Source: Vulcanimicrobiota bacterium (GTDB lineage Bacteria > Vulcanimicrobiota > Xenobia > Xenobiales > JADMJV01). Taken from it: 64,000 bases of DNA. The notes under the pieces were generated by a model that saw only the letters and a program-made list of their open reading frames with translations, was not told the DNA's origin and did not search any database. The position numbers and the translations under genes were made by a program. The DNA lies in NCBI GenBank assembly GCA_041676625.1, contig JBAYRN010000011.1, forward strand, positions 2,564 to 66,563, written 5' to 3'. Numbering within the stretch: position 1 is the first letter of the stretch; each line of letters starts with the position of its first letter. This document shows positions 1 to 8,631 of this stretch, piece after piece.

Positions 1-263
1 TCGTTGCGCAGGTGGGCAAGCCCCCGGGAGTCCAGGGTGGAGATATCTACCCCGTCGATCTTGACCAGCCCGGCGGTGGGCTGGTCCAGGGCCCCCAGAA
101 TGTTTAAGAGGGTTGACTTGCCCGAGCCGCTCTGTCCCACGATGGCCACGAACTCACCTGCGCAGACGGAAAAGGTGACCCCCTTGAGTACCCGCACTTC
201 CAGCGGCGTGCCGAGGAGATAGCTCTTGGTGAGGTCCTGGACTATCAGCAGATCAGCCTTCAG
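1..263 (-). CDS. ABC transporter ATP-binding protein (MacB/LolD-like), N-terminal part only; continues past the window start
   Basis: Reverse-strand translation reads [71 protein letters not shown].. with Walker [10 protein letters not shown]. It is absent from the ORF track because it runs off the window. The start is uncertain: only CTG codons (263-261, 251-249, 248-246) lie between the in-frame TGA (269-267) and the conserved core. Confidence 0.85.
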   Translation of the reverse strand, partial: MKADLLIVQDLTKSYLLGTPLEVRVLKGVTFSVCAGEFVAIVGQSGSGKSTLLNILGALDQPTAGLVKIDGVDISTLDSRGLAHLRN

Positions 264-1482
264 TGATCACCTCCACCGGGTTGGTTCGGGCTGCCCGGAG
301 AGCGGGTAGAAGGGAGGCCAGCAGGGTGGCCAGGATGGCCGCCACCATGGCCATGGCAAACACCCTCGGCTCCAAGATCGCGGGAAAGAGTTGGTCGGAC
401 TTTCCAAAACGCTCCACCTGCTTGAAGGTCAAAAGAAAGCTCAGTAGCCCCCAGGCCGAGAGGGCGCCCAGGACCGCTCCGATCAAAGACACGAAAAGCC
501 CCTGGAGGGCAAAGACCCGCAGCACCTGGGCGTCGGTAGCCCCCATACTCTTGAGGATCCCGATCTGCCGAGAGCGTTGAAAGACACTGACGATAAGAAC
601 CGAGGCGATCCCGAAGGCCGAGGCGGCCAGGGAAAAGAGGCTGATCATGACCCGGGCCCCGTTTTGGGCAGCGAAGGCGTTGACGAACTGGGCCTGTTCC
701 ACCATCCAGCTTTCCGTCTTCAACCCCAGAGAGTCACTGATCAATTCGCTGACCTGGTTGGCCTGCCAGGGATCGTCCAGCTTCACCGAGATAGCGCTGG
801 CGTCTCGACCGGTGGCGTAAAGGCTCTGAGCCGCTCGTAAGGTGACAAAAACCGTGCTCCCGTCGATCTGGTTCTGCCCGGTGTCGAAGATACCGGCCAC
901 GGTGAAGCTCGACTGCACCCGCTCGGAAGAGAGTACGGTCACAGTGTCGCCCAGGCGGACCCCGGTGTCTTCAGCCAGTTTGAACCCGATCACGATGTCG
1001 TTGGATCCGATGGTCAGCCAGCGTCCGGCTACGATATCGTCATTGAGGTTGGAGATGGCCTCCTGCTTGATAGGGTCGGCTCCCCGGATGGTGACCCCGA
1101 ACTGCCGGACCCCCCGAATGATAAAGGCCTGTCCTCCCACCGAAGAGGCGGTGGCCGAGACGTGAGGGTAGTTGGAGAGGATCGCTTCCAGGGCTTCGGG
1201 GCGCTTGAGTTCGGTCCGCTTCTGGAGCTGTTTTTCCACCTGCACGGCGTAGCGCTGCTCTGGGGTGTCATTGAGCGGCTCGGGATCGGGATCCGGCACC
1301 TTCACGGTGATGTGGGCGAGTGACCCGATCAGGTCCCGGATGAACCGATCCTGAACCCCCAAAAGCAGGCAGTTGACGAAGATGATCAAGCAGACCGCGG
1401 CCGCCACTGCCGCCACCGTCAGTCCGGTCTGGCCTCGGCTGGTGAGCACGTAGCGCCAGGCCAACATGGATTCGAAGCTCAC
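253..1482 (-). CDS. ABC transporter permease, FtsX/MacB-like (N-terminal TM, periplasmic core domain, C-terminal FtsX 3-TM bundle)
   Basis: 409-aa ORF with the typical MacB/LolC-type layout. It overlaps the upstream adaptor gene by 4 nt, and the ATPase gene follows immediately. Confidence 0.85.
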   Translation of the reverse strand: MSFESMLAWRYVLTSRGQTGLTVAAVAAAVCLIIFVNCLLLGVQDRFIRDLIGSLAHITVKVPDPDPEPLNDTPEQRYAVQVEKQLQKRTELKRPEALEAILSNYPHVSATASSVGGQAFIIRGVRQFGVTIRGADPIKQEAISNLNDDIVAGRWLTIGSNDIVIGFKLAEDTGVRLGDTVTVLSSERVQSSFTVAGIFDTGQNQIDGSTVFVTLRAAQSLYATGRDASAISVKLDDPWQANQVSELISDSLGLKTESWMVEQAQFVNAFAAQNGARVMISLFSLAASAFGIASVLIVSVFQRSRQIGILKSMGATDAQVLRVFALQGLFVSLIGAVLGALSAWGLLSFLLTFKQVERFGKSDQLFPAILEPRVFAMAMVAAILATLLASLLPALRAARTNPVEVITEG

Positions 1483-2915
1483 TCTACCTCCCGGGTCCGG
1501 ACCTCCTGGCCCTCGCTCAGTCCCTGGGGAGTCAAGGCCAGGGTCTCTCCTCCCGTGAGCCCAAAACGGATCAGGTAGCCCTCTTCCAGGGGGCTTGAGA
1601 TCTCCACCGCCCGCATGTGCACCTCTCCACCCTCGATCACCGCCACCTCGGCCTTATCGCCCCGGCGGATCACGCAGGTCAGGGGCACCAGCAGGCGGGG
1701 TTTTTGTTCGTCCAGGATCAGATTGACGTCCACGGTCTGGCCAGGGATCAGCCAATCCGGCGGAGTGTCGGTGCGCAGACGCGCCTCCAGGGTGCCCCGC
1801 AGTGGGTCGATCTCGGGGGCGGTCTCGACCACTGCAGCTTGAAAGGTCTCGGAAAATCCATTGGCTCGAATTTCGGCCACCTGGCCCACCCGCAGACGGG
1901 CGCGATCGGATTCATCCACGTCCACTCGGATCTCCAGGGCGGGACGACTGGAGAAGGTGAGCACCGGGGTGTTGGGCCCGGCCTGATCGCCCACCCGCAG
2001 CAGGCGCTTGCCCACGACTCCGTCGTAAGGGGCGTACAACTGGGCCTGCTCCAACTGCTCTCGGGCCACCGCCGCCGCGCTCTGAGCCTCCGAAACCTGG
2101 GCTCGAGCCAGTTCTACGTCTTCGGTGCGCGGCTGCTCCAGGATCTGTTTCAGACGGGCAGAGCCGGCCCGTTCGGCCTCCGTTTGTCGGGCCTGAGCGG
2201 CCGAGACTTCTTGCCGGGCCCGGGCCAATTCTTCCGGCCGGGCCCCGTTCTCTAGCTCTCGCAGGCGAGCCTGGGCGTTACGGTGCTGTTCCTGGGCGGC
2301 CCGAGCCAGGGTCTGGGCCTGCTCGGCGGCCTGGCGAGAGACGGCGCCCTGGGCAACCAATCGAGACTGCCTGAGGGCTTCTCGCTCTCGCTGCTGGTAT
2401 TCGGCCGAGGCTTCCCGGAGGATAGCCCGGGCCTGCTCGAGCTGTTCGGAGCGGGGGCCGCGTTCGAGTTCCAGCAGGGCCTGGCGTGCCTTCTCCAGCT
2501 CTGCCCGGGCCGCCGCCTGACGCCCCTCCACCTCACCCCGCACCTGAGCGATCTCAGATGGGAGCGGCTTTCGGCCGGCCACCGCGAGCTGAGCCTCAGC
2601 CACCTTCACGGCCTGTTCGGCCTGAGCCAGTTGGCCACGGAGTCGACCGAGATCGAGTTCAGCGAGCTTCTGACCGGCTTTCACGCTCGCGCCTTCCTCC
2701 ACCAGCAGGTTTTTGAGGGTGCCACTCACTTCGGGGGCGAGTTGGCTCTCTTCCACTCCGTGGACTCGCCCGGAGAGGGCCAGTACTTCAGCCAGGGTCT
2801 GCTGAGTGGGGGAAACGACCTGGATTTCCGTGCTTCGGCCCCGAAATACAAGAACCGCTGCGACGAGGATCGCCAGCAGTGCGAGCGCGGGAAGCCGGCG
2901 CTTGAGTTCACTCAT
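1479..2915 (-). CDS. HlyD-family efflux adaptor (membrane fusion protein) with a long coiled-coil hairpin
   Basis: 478 aa. It has an N-terminal TM anchor (LPALALLAILVAAVLVF), A/E/Q/R-rich coiled coils, and lipoyl/beta-barrel segments (VKAGQKLAELD, GQTVDVNL). It is the first gene of an MFP-permease-ATPase operon. Confidence 0.8.
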   Translation of the reverse strand: MSELKRRLPALALLAILVAAVLVFRGRSTEIQVVSPTQQTLAEVLALSGRVHGVEESQLAPEVSGTLKNLLVEEGASVKAGQKLAELDLGRLRGQLAQAEQAVKVAEAQLAVAGRKPLPSEIAQVRGEVEGRQAAARAELEKARQALLELERGPRSEQLEQARAILREASAEYQQREREALRQSRLVAQGAVSRQAAEQAQTLARAAQEQHRNAQARLRELENGARPEELARARQEVSAAQARQTEAERAGSARLKQILEQPRTEDVELARAQVSEAQSAAAVAREQLEQAQLYAPYDGVVGKRLLRVGDQAGPNTPVLTFSSRPALEIRVDVDESDRARLRVGQVAEIRANGFSETFQAAVVETAPEIDPLRGTLEARLRTDTPPDWLIPGQTVDVNLILDEQKPRLLVPLTCVIRRGDKAEVAVIEGGEVHMRAVEISSPLEEGYLIRFGLTGGETLALTPQGLSEGQEVRTREVE

Positions 2916-2984
2916 CGCCGGTGGCTTCCCGATAATCCGATAACAACCCTACTCTTGAATAGAGTTGTGACGGACCCGACGGGT

Positions 2985-3033
2985 TTGTGAACAAGGCCGG
3001 CAAAGTTGTAACAACTTGTTCACATTGTTCACA
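2985..3033. promoter_or_regulatory. Operator-like repeats in a divergent promoter region: TTGTGAACAA (2985-2994), palindrome AGTTGT-A-ACAACT (3004-3016), tandem TTGTTCACA x2 (3016-3024, 3025-3033)
   Basis: Read directly from the 210-bp gap between the divergent genes starting at 2915 (-) and 3126 (+). The 9-mer occurs once forward and twice as its reverse complement. Confidence 0.3.
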
Positions 3034-3125
3034 GAAACGCAACAAGTGCCTCTACCCCGGGTTCTGGCAATGGATATACTGAGCGTAACACTAGAACTAG
3101 AAGAGAAAGAAGCGTAGCGAAAGAT

Positions 3126-3920
3126 ATGGCAATCAGTGGAATTCAAGGTTTTAACCCCCAGCAGCAGATGCGACCGGCGGCAGGTGTCCCCAACGCCCTC
3201 GGTGCACCCGGACAGGCGCAAGGCCCCCAAGGAGCCCCCACCGGCGACCAGTTTGGGCTGAGCAGAGAAGCTCAACAAGCAGCCGGTGCTCAAGGAGCGC
3301 AGGGCGCTCAACAGGGAGGACACCCGTTGAGCCAAGCATTGGGCCAGGGGATCGGACAGGTTATGCAAGCCCAGGCCTCCGGGGATCAGAACGCCGGCCA
3401 GCAAGCCTTGCAGAGTTTGGGCCAAACCTACCAGCAAGGGCAACAGTCGGGCCAACTGGAGCAGGTTCAGCCTCTGATTCGCCAGACCGCCGAGCAACTT
3501 CTCGGAATCAACCAGGAAGGCAAAGAAGCTGGTGGCGGTGCCGAGGGTGGCGCTAAGGAGGCTGGTGGCGGCGGTGAGCAGCCTCAAGAGGCCGGCGGTG
3601 CCAAGGAAGGTGAGAGCAACGAAGGCAAGTACGACGAAGAGTTCTTGAAGCAACTCGAAGAACTCCTCGGTAAAGACAAAGCCGACGAGGCCAAAAAAGA
3701 AGGCAAGGACGACAAGAAAACCGACGAGAAGGACAAAAAGTCCGACAGCAAAGCCGGTGAGACCAAAACGGAAACAGCTCTCGATACCAAGACGGACACC
3801 AAGTCAGACGTCAAGACCGATACCAAGGTAGAGCCTGCGGCCTCCAGGACCGAGACCAAAGCACCGAAAACCGAGACCAAAGTTGCCAGGGCCGAAGCGC
3901 CCAAGTCGACCAAGAAGTAG
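3126..3920 (+). CDS. Hypothetical low-complexity protein (Q/G/A-rich N-terminal half, K/T/D/E-rich C-terminal half)
   Basis: 264-aa ORF with an ATG start and AGAAAGAAG upstream, followed by a strong terminator. No signal peptide and no recognisable domain. Confidence 0.6.
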   Translation: MAISGIQGFNPQQQMRPAAGVPNALGAPGQAQGPQGAPTGDQFGLSREAQQAAGAQGAQGAQQGGHPLSQALGQGIGQVMQAQASGDQNAGQQALQSLGQTYQQGQQSGQLEQVQPLIRQTAEQLLGINQEGKEAGGGAEGGAKEAGGGGEQPQEAGGAKEGESNEGKYDEEFLKQLEELLGKDKADEAKKEGKDDKKTDEKDKKSDSKAGETKTETALDTKTDTKSDVKTDTKVEPAASRTETKAPKTETKVARAEAPKSTKK

Positions 3921-3932
3921 TCCAACAATCAG

Positions 3933-3962
3933 AAAAAAGGAGGCCGACGGCCTCCTTTTTTT
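3933..3962. terminator. Bidirectional rho-independent terminator
   Basis: AAAAAAGGAGGCC-gac-GGCCTCCTTTTTTT: an A-tract, a 7-bp GC stem and a T-tract, sitting between convergent genes ending at 3920 (+) and 3966 (-). Confidence 0.7.
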
Positions 3963-3965
3963 GAT

Positions 3966-5015
3966 CTAAGGGCCCAGAAGGCTGTCGACCAGTCCGTCGA
4001 TGGTGTGGACGGGGGCCACGCCCAGAACTTTTAGCCCGCATTGGCGGGCGGTCTCGGCGGTGATGGGGCCGATGCAGTGGCAGGGTGTCTCTCGATCACC
4101 GGTGAGTTCGACCCAGTTGCGCACCGTGGAGGAAGAGGTGAAGAGCGCCGTTGCCCCGGGTGCGGTCCGAACTTCCTCCGGTAGTTGCGGATGGACGGTC
4201 TTATAGACCGCTGCCACCAGGACCTGTGCGCCCCGGGACCGCAGGGTCTCGGGGAGCACCGCTCGAGCCTCTTGAGCCCGAGGCAGCAGAATGCGAAGAC
4301 CCTGAACTTCGATGGGAGCCAGGGTCTCCAGCAACCCCTCGGCCACAAAGCTCTCAGGCAATAGATCCGCCTTGAAGCCCTGCTCGGCCAGCGCCCTGGC
4401 GGTACCCGGGCCGATGCAGGCAAGTTTCGCACCAGCCAGGGCCCTGTGGTCCTTGGAGCTTGCCTGGAGTCTTGCAAAGAAGTAGCGGACCCCGTTGGGA
4501 GAGGTGAACAGGATCCACTGAAACTGTTCCAGGCTTTCGATGGCTTGCAGAATGGGAGCGGGATCGTCGGGTTCCACAAATTCGATGGTGGGGGTAGCAG
4601 TGACCCGGGCCCCCAGGGACTCCAGTCGCTCCACCAGACCCTGGCCTTGTTCTCGCTGGCGGGTTACAAGGTAGTGCTTGCCCCAGAGCGGCAAGCGGGA
4701 GCGCCAACCCTCCTCGGGGTGGGTCCAGTTGAGGGCCAGGCTCCACTCGGTGGTGGAAGGGGTAGGGATTAAACTCTGCTCCTGCCAGGAGACCTCCAGC
4801 ACCGCCCCGCTGGACTCCACCAGACGGAGTGGGCGAGAGCCGGAAAGACCGGCTTGCCAGAGCTCTTCGGCAAGCGCGCTCCAGGGGGCGCAGGTGTGGG
4901 AGATCAGAATCGGCAGGTCGAGATCCAGATATTCGTCCCAGCGGCTCGGCGCTTTTCGTAAAAACACCACGGAGTGGTCGTGGGGCAGCTTTAGGTCGGC
5001 GGCTACCCGGTCCAT
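3966..5015 (-). CDS. hemD: Uroporphyrinogen-III synthase with a ~112-aa N-terminal extension of unknown function
   Basis: The C-terminal ~235 aa is HemD-like (KHYLVTRQREQGQGLVERLESLGARV.., ILFTSPNGVRYF, LFTSSSTVRNW). The ATG at 5015-5013 overlaps the hemC TGA by 1 nt (TGATG). The longer track ORF (to 5204) is rejected as upstream read-through. Confidence 0.8.
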   Translation of the reverse strand: MDRVAADLKLPHDHSVVFLRKAPSRWDEYLDLDLPILISHTCAPWSALAEELWQAGLSGSRPLRLVESSGAVLEVSWQEQSLIPTPSTTEWSLALNWTHPEEGWRSRLPLWGKHYLVTRQREQGQGLVERLESLGARVTATPTIEFVEPDDPAPILQAIESLEQFQWILFTSPNGVRYFFARLQASSKDHRALAGAKLACIGPGTARALAEQGFKADLLPESFVAEGLLETLAPIEVQGLRILLPRAQEARAVLPETLRSRGAQVLVAAVYKTVHPQLPEEVRTAPGATALFTSSSTVRNWVELTGDRETPCHCIGPITAETARQCGLKVLGVAPVHTIDGLVDSLLGP

Positions 5016-5929
5016 CAGCGGGCCGCTACCTGGACCATCCGCTTCAGCTCCCGGGCCAGTTGCCGGCCCAACTCGGCGGCCTCTTCGGGCCGTCCCTCCA
5101 GGCTGGTGCGAGCGGTCTGGAGGGGCTCCCCCAGGGCCAGAAAGCCGTGCAATTTCAGGGAGCCGTCTCGTACCTCGGCGTGGGCGCCGGCGGGAATGTG
5201 GCAACCTCCGTCGAGTTCGGCAAGAAAAGCTCGCTCAGCGCTGCTAGAGACGATGGCATCGGGGCAGGCGATGGCCGACAGCACGCTCAAGGTCGTCCGG
5301 TCGCCCTGTCGAATTTCCAGCCCCAAAACCCCTTGCCCGGGAGCCGGCAGGCACTGCTCAAGCTCCAGGGGCCGGGATTCTCCAGGGCTCAAGCCTGCTT
5401 CGGCCAGGCCCAGGCGCTCCACCCCGGCGCAGGCCAGGACCGTGGCGTCGTAGAGCCCTTCTCGCCATTTGCGGACGCGGGTGGCCACATTTCCCCGGAT
5501 CTCTTCAAACCTGAGGTCCGGCCGCAAAAGCCTTAGCTGCTCTCGTCTGCGGGCGCTTCCGGTACCCACCACCGCTCCAGGGGAAAGCTCTTCGAGCCCC
5601 ACTGAAGAAACCAGCAGATCCCGAGGGTCCTCTCGCCTGGGAGGGGGAGCCAGGGCCAGCCCGTCCGGTAGGGTGGTGGGAAGATCCTTCAGGGAATGCA
5701 CGGCAAAATCGATCTGCCCGGCTAGTAGCGCGTCCTCGATCTCTTTAGTGAAGATCCCTTTCCCGGCGAATTTATTCAGGGCCGAATTCTGGTCTCGGTC
5801 GCCTCGAGTCTTGATGACCACGAGTTCGACCTTCACCCCTTCTTTGGCGTTTTCGAGTTGCTCGGCCACCCAGCGCGACTGGGTCAGGGCCAGGTCGCTG
5901 CCGCGGGTGCCTAGTTTTAGAACGGTCAA
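5015..5929 (-). CDS. hemC: Hydroxymethylbilane synthase (porphobilinogen deaminase)
   Basis: Motifs LKLGTRGSDLALTQ, FAVHSLKDLPT, GTGSARRREQL and ELDGGCHIPAG (cofactor Cys). The TTG start at 5929 lies 2 nt after the upstream stop. The track ORF's extra 59 N-terminal residues overlap the upstream gene. Confidence 0.9.
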   Translation of the reverse strand: MTVLKLGTRGSDLALTQSRWVAEQLENAKEGVKVELVVIKTRGDRDQNSALNKFAGKGIFTKEIEDALLAGQIDFAVHSLKDLPTTLPDGLALAPPPRREDPRDLLVSSVGLEELSPGAVVGTGSARRREQLRLLRPDLRFEEIRGNVATRVRKWREGLYDATVLACAGVERLGLAEAGLSPGESRPLELEQCLPAPGQGVLGLEIRQGDRTTLSVLSAIACPDAIVSSSAERAFLAELDGGCHIPAGAHAEVRDGSLKLHGFLALGEPLQTARTSLEGRPEEAAELGRQLARELKRMVQVAAR

Positions 5930-5930
5930 T

Positions 5931-6710
5931 TTATTGGTGCCCTCCGGGTAGTAGAAAACTGAGCACAGCGAAGATCGAAGCCACCAGCAAGATGGAGTTG
6001 AGTCTGCGCCCTTGCCAGCCCGCCACTCTGGCGTGCAAGTAGATGGTGTAGAAGATACTCGTGGCCACCACCACAATCTCCTGGGTGCCCCAGTACCAAT
6101 GTCCACCTTGAATAAAGAGGCCCGAAGCGATCCCGATGACCAGCGCAGGAAAACCCGCCCAGATGAGACGGTAGGAGACCAGATCCAGAGTGCCGAGGGG
6201 GGGCAGGGCCCGGAAGATCCCGTCGATCTGTTTTTTCTTCAAGAGCTTGGATTGGATGAAGTAAAGAATGGCACAGAACGAGGCCAGAAAGAACGAAGCA
6301 AACCCTAGCACCAGGCTGAAAACGTGGATGTAAAGGCCCGGCCCGGCCTCGGTGGTACCGTGCCCCTGCCACAGGGCAAAGACGCTGAACCCGGTCATGG
6401 CAAAGGCGGCGGGAGCGGCCACCGCACCCGTAACCTCCACGCTCCAGCGTTCGCCCAGCAACAGGTACAGCAGCATGATAAACCAGGCCAGGGGAGCAAA
6501 AGTCTCCTTTAAGCTGGCGATGGGCAGGTGGCCGCTACTCAGAGAGTAGATGGCCAGAGCCAGGGTATGGACTGCGAAGCTCGCCCACAAAACCTTGCGC
6601 CACCTGGGGAAGCTCTTCTGGCTTTCCAAGTAGATGCCACGCTGAATCCCGGCTCCCGCTACGAGGTAGCCGATAGCACTCAGAGTCAGCAGTGGCAGGG
6701 CAGAGTTCAT
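5931..6710 (-). CDS. hemX: CcsA-family integral membrane protein, HemX-like (hem-operon associated)
   Basis: 259 aa and about 8 TM segments, of the cytochrome-c-assembly family type with a degenerate Trp-rich motif (GGHWYWGTQE). Its position between hemA and hemC matches Bacillus hemAXCD. ATGA overlap with hemA. Confidence 0.7.
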   Translation of the reverse strand: MNSALPLLTLSAIGYLVAGAGIQRGIYLESQKSFPRWRKVLWASFAVHTLALAIYSLSSGHLPIASLKETFAPLAWFIMLLYLLLGERWSVEVTGAVAAPAAFAMTGFSVFALWQGHGTTEAGPGLYIHVFSLVLGFASFFLASFCAILYFIQSKLLKKKQIDGIFRALPPLGTLDLVSYRLIWAGFPALVIGIASGLFIQGGHWYWGTQEIVVVATSIFYTIYLHARVAGWQGRRLNSILLVASIFAVLSFLLPGGHQ

Positions 6711-7993
6711 CGGCTATCTTCATCCTCCACCAACCCCAGGAGGATCAAGGAGTTCAGAAGTTCGTCGGGGGTGGCGCCCCCTTCCGAGAGTTGACGAAGT
6801 TTGGTGGTGGGACCGTGTAGTAGCTTGTTCAGGAGTCGGCGACTAAAGTTCTCCAGCAACTGAAGTTCGGAGTCGGAGACGCTTTTCTTGCTCCGGAAGT
6901 GCTCGAGTTCGGCCCGCCGGAGGGTGTCGAACCCGCTGCGCAGGGTGACGATGGCGGCGCTGGCTTTGCGGCCGTCCAGGTCCTTGCAGAAATCCTGGGT
7001 GGCGGCTTCCACGATGGAGAGCACGGCCTGGGTTTCGGTGTGCCGGCGGGCGAGGTTCTTGTCGACCACGGCTTGCAGGTCGTCGATGTTGTAGAGGTAG
7101 ACGTTGTCCACCTCTCCACAGGCCGGTTCGATGTCTCGGGGCACGGCGATGTCGATCAAAAATAGGGGTCTACCCCGCCGCTGGTGGATCACTTTGGAGA
7201 TTCGGTCTTTGGTCAGGATGTAGTGGGGGGCGCCGGTAGAAGCCATGAGGATATCCACGCTGACCAGGGCTTCATCCAGCATCTCGTAAGGCACGGCGGT
7301 GCCGCCGCACTGTTCGGCCAACTCTTCGGCCTTTTCATAAGTGCGGTTCACGATCTTGACCTCGTTGACCCCGGCTTTGTGCAGGAGTTTGACCGACTTG
7401 GTGCCCATCTTGCCGGCACCCAGGAGCATCACGTTGCGCCCGTGCATGTCGCCGAAGATCTTCTGGGCCAGTTCCACCGCGGCGGCTGCCACTGAACTCG
7501 CCCCTCTGGCGATATCGGTTTCCGAACGCGCTCGTTTGCCCACCCGGATGGCCCAGGGGAAGAGCCGCTCCAGGACCGGGCCGGTGCTGCTGGCTTCCTG
7601 AGCTTGCATGAAAGCTCTTCGGACCTGCCCGAGGATCTGGTTTTCACCCACCACCAGGGAGTCGAGTCCGCTGGACACGGCAAACAGATGGTTGATGGCC
7701 GGGGCGCCCTGCTGGTGGTAGAGCAACTTATCCAGTTCGCTGGATGGAATCCCGTTGTCCCGGAGCAGAAATTTGGTCAGGGTATCCATGCTGTGCTGCA
7801 CGCTTTTCTTGGGAACGGCGTAAAACTCGGTCCGGTTGCAGGTGGAAAGTAAGGCACACTCCACCAGGGCCGCTTCGGACTGCAGCGCATTTAAGGTCTC
7901 GGTAACCTGTTCAGGAGAGAAGGAAAAACGCTCCCTCATTTCCACCGGCGCCGTCTTGTGATTCAGACCTATGAGGACGACCGTGTTTTCCAT
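6707..7993 (-). CDS. hemA: Glutamyl-tRNA reductase
   Basis: Starts MENTVVLIGLNHKTAPVEMRERF, with STCNRTEFY (catalytic Cys) and the NADPH-binding motif LLGAGKMG. ATG at 7993. The Arg/Lys-rich 147-aa upstream extension of the track ORF is rejected. Confidence 0.9.
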   Translation of the reverse strand: MENTVVLIGLNHKTAPVEMRERFSFSPEQVTETLNALQSEAALVECALLSTCNRTEFYAVPKKSVQHSMDTLTKFLLRDNGIPSSELDKLLYHQQGAPAINHLFAVSSGLDSLVVGENQILGQVRRAFMQAQEASSTGPVLERLFPWAIRVGKRARSETDIARGASSVAAAAVELAQKIFGDMHGRNVMLLGAGKMGTKSVKLLHKAGVNEVKIVNRTYEKAEELAEQCGGTAVPYEMLDEALVSVDILMASTGAPHYILTKDRISKVIHQRRGRPLFLIDIAVPRDIEPACGEVDNVYLYNIDDLQAVVDKNLARRHTETQAVLSIVEAATQDFCKDLDGRKASAAIVTLRSGFDTLRRAELEHFRSKKSVSDSELQLLENFSRRLLNKLLHGPTTKLRQLSEGGATPDELLNSLILLGLVEDEDSR

Positions 7994-8024
7994 GGATAAA
8001 CGAATTCGTTCGGACAATATCACG

Positions 8025-8033
8025 ATTATACCA
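8025..8033 (-). promoter_or_regulatory. Candidate extended -10 promoter element (TGGTATAAT on the minus strand) upstream of hemA
   Basis: The reverse complement of attatacca reads TGGTATAAT, 32 nt upstream of the hemA ATG. No good -35 element at 17-nt spacing. Confidence 0.3.
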
Positions 8034-8127
8034 CCAGGCCAAGGGAATAAATCCCCCAAAAGTCTGAAAAGAGTGCCAAAACCGATGAGTCTCGAGTTAA
8101 AAAAACGACAACATTTTCGACGGGATC

Positions 8128-8571
8128 CTAAGGGAAAACTTGCTTTCCTTTCTCGTCGTTGGCGATGAGAAAGCTCTCTTCGGTGTGTTTGTTTCGTTGA
8201 TACTTGGCCTTTTTCAGGCCGCTGGGCCAGTAGCTGACGTAGTCGATGATCCGGCCGTCGCTCTTGAGTAGCACGGCGTCTTTGCCGTTTCCGTGGCGGC
8301 GCTCGTAGGTGATGGTGCCGCCGGGGGTGCTCTGGTAGGTCACGCAGACGTTTCCGGCCGGATAGAACTTGGTGTAGGCCACCTTTCCGTCCTTTTCCAC
8401 CACGTACTTCTCTTTCTCCCGGCCGTCGGGCCATTGGGTTTCAAAGCTCTTCTTGCCCATCTTCTGGTAGGTGAGGAGGAGGTCGTTGACCTCTTTCTCG
8501 GCTTCTTTCACCGAGAGGGGCTGGGCCAGGGTGGATGCTGCTAAAATTAGAATCAGGAAAAGTAGTCGCAT
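8128..8571 (-). CDS. Secreted hypothetical protein with MORN/YwqK-like repeats
   Basis: Signal peptide MRLLFLILILAASTLAQP, then repeated G-x-aromatic beta-hairpin-like units (DGKVAYTKFYPAGN, GGTITYERRHGNG, DGRIIDYVSYWPSG). Confidence 0.55.
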   Translation of the reverse strand: MRLLFLILILAASTLAQPLSVKEAEKEVNDLLLTYQKMGKKSFETQWPDGREKEKYVVEKDGKVAYTKFYPAGNVCVTYQSTPGGTITYERRHGNGKDAVLLKSDGRIIDYVSYWPSGLKKAKYQRNKHTEESFLIANDEKGKQVFP

Positions 8572-8597
8572 GGCTCACCGTTTCCCGTAAACGCAAG

Positions 8598-8631
8598 CAA
8601 TCCTTCACCTTGAATGTTAAGGGAAGGATTG
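8598..8631 (-). other. Strong interrupted stem-loop (9 + 4 bp, 7-nt loop) without a U-tract
   Basis: The minus strand reads CAATCCTTC-CCTT-aacattc-AAGG-t-GAAGGATTG, in the gap between the radical SAM gene and the next gene. It is not a canonical intrinsic terminator. Confidence 0.4.

Noticed and set aside
5016-5204. Upstream extension of the hemD ORF (and, similarly, 5930-6106 for hemC)
   Set aside because: The extensions overlap the preceding genes in another frame. Coupled starts (TGATG at 5015; TTG at 5929) give products that begin at or before the conserved domains.
8094-8127. T-run (minus strand ..GTCGTTTTTTTAA) downstream of the 8128-8571 gene, considered as an intrinsic terminator
   Set aside because: I could not draw a stable GC-rich stem immediately upstream of the T-run. 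At most 3-4 bp pair.
7994-8434. 147-aa Arg/Lys-rich N-terminal extension of the hemA ORF in the track
   Set aside because: The extension overlaps the 3' end of the upstream gene (8128-8571) and has non-protein-like composition. Canonical HemA begins at MENTVVLIGLNHKTAP (ATG at 7993).
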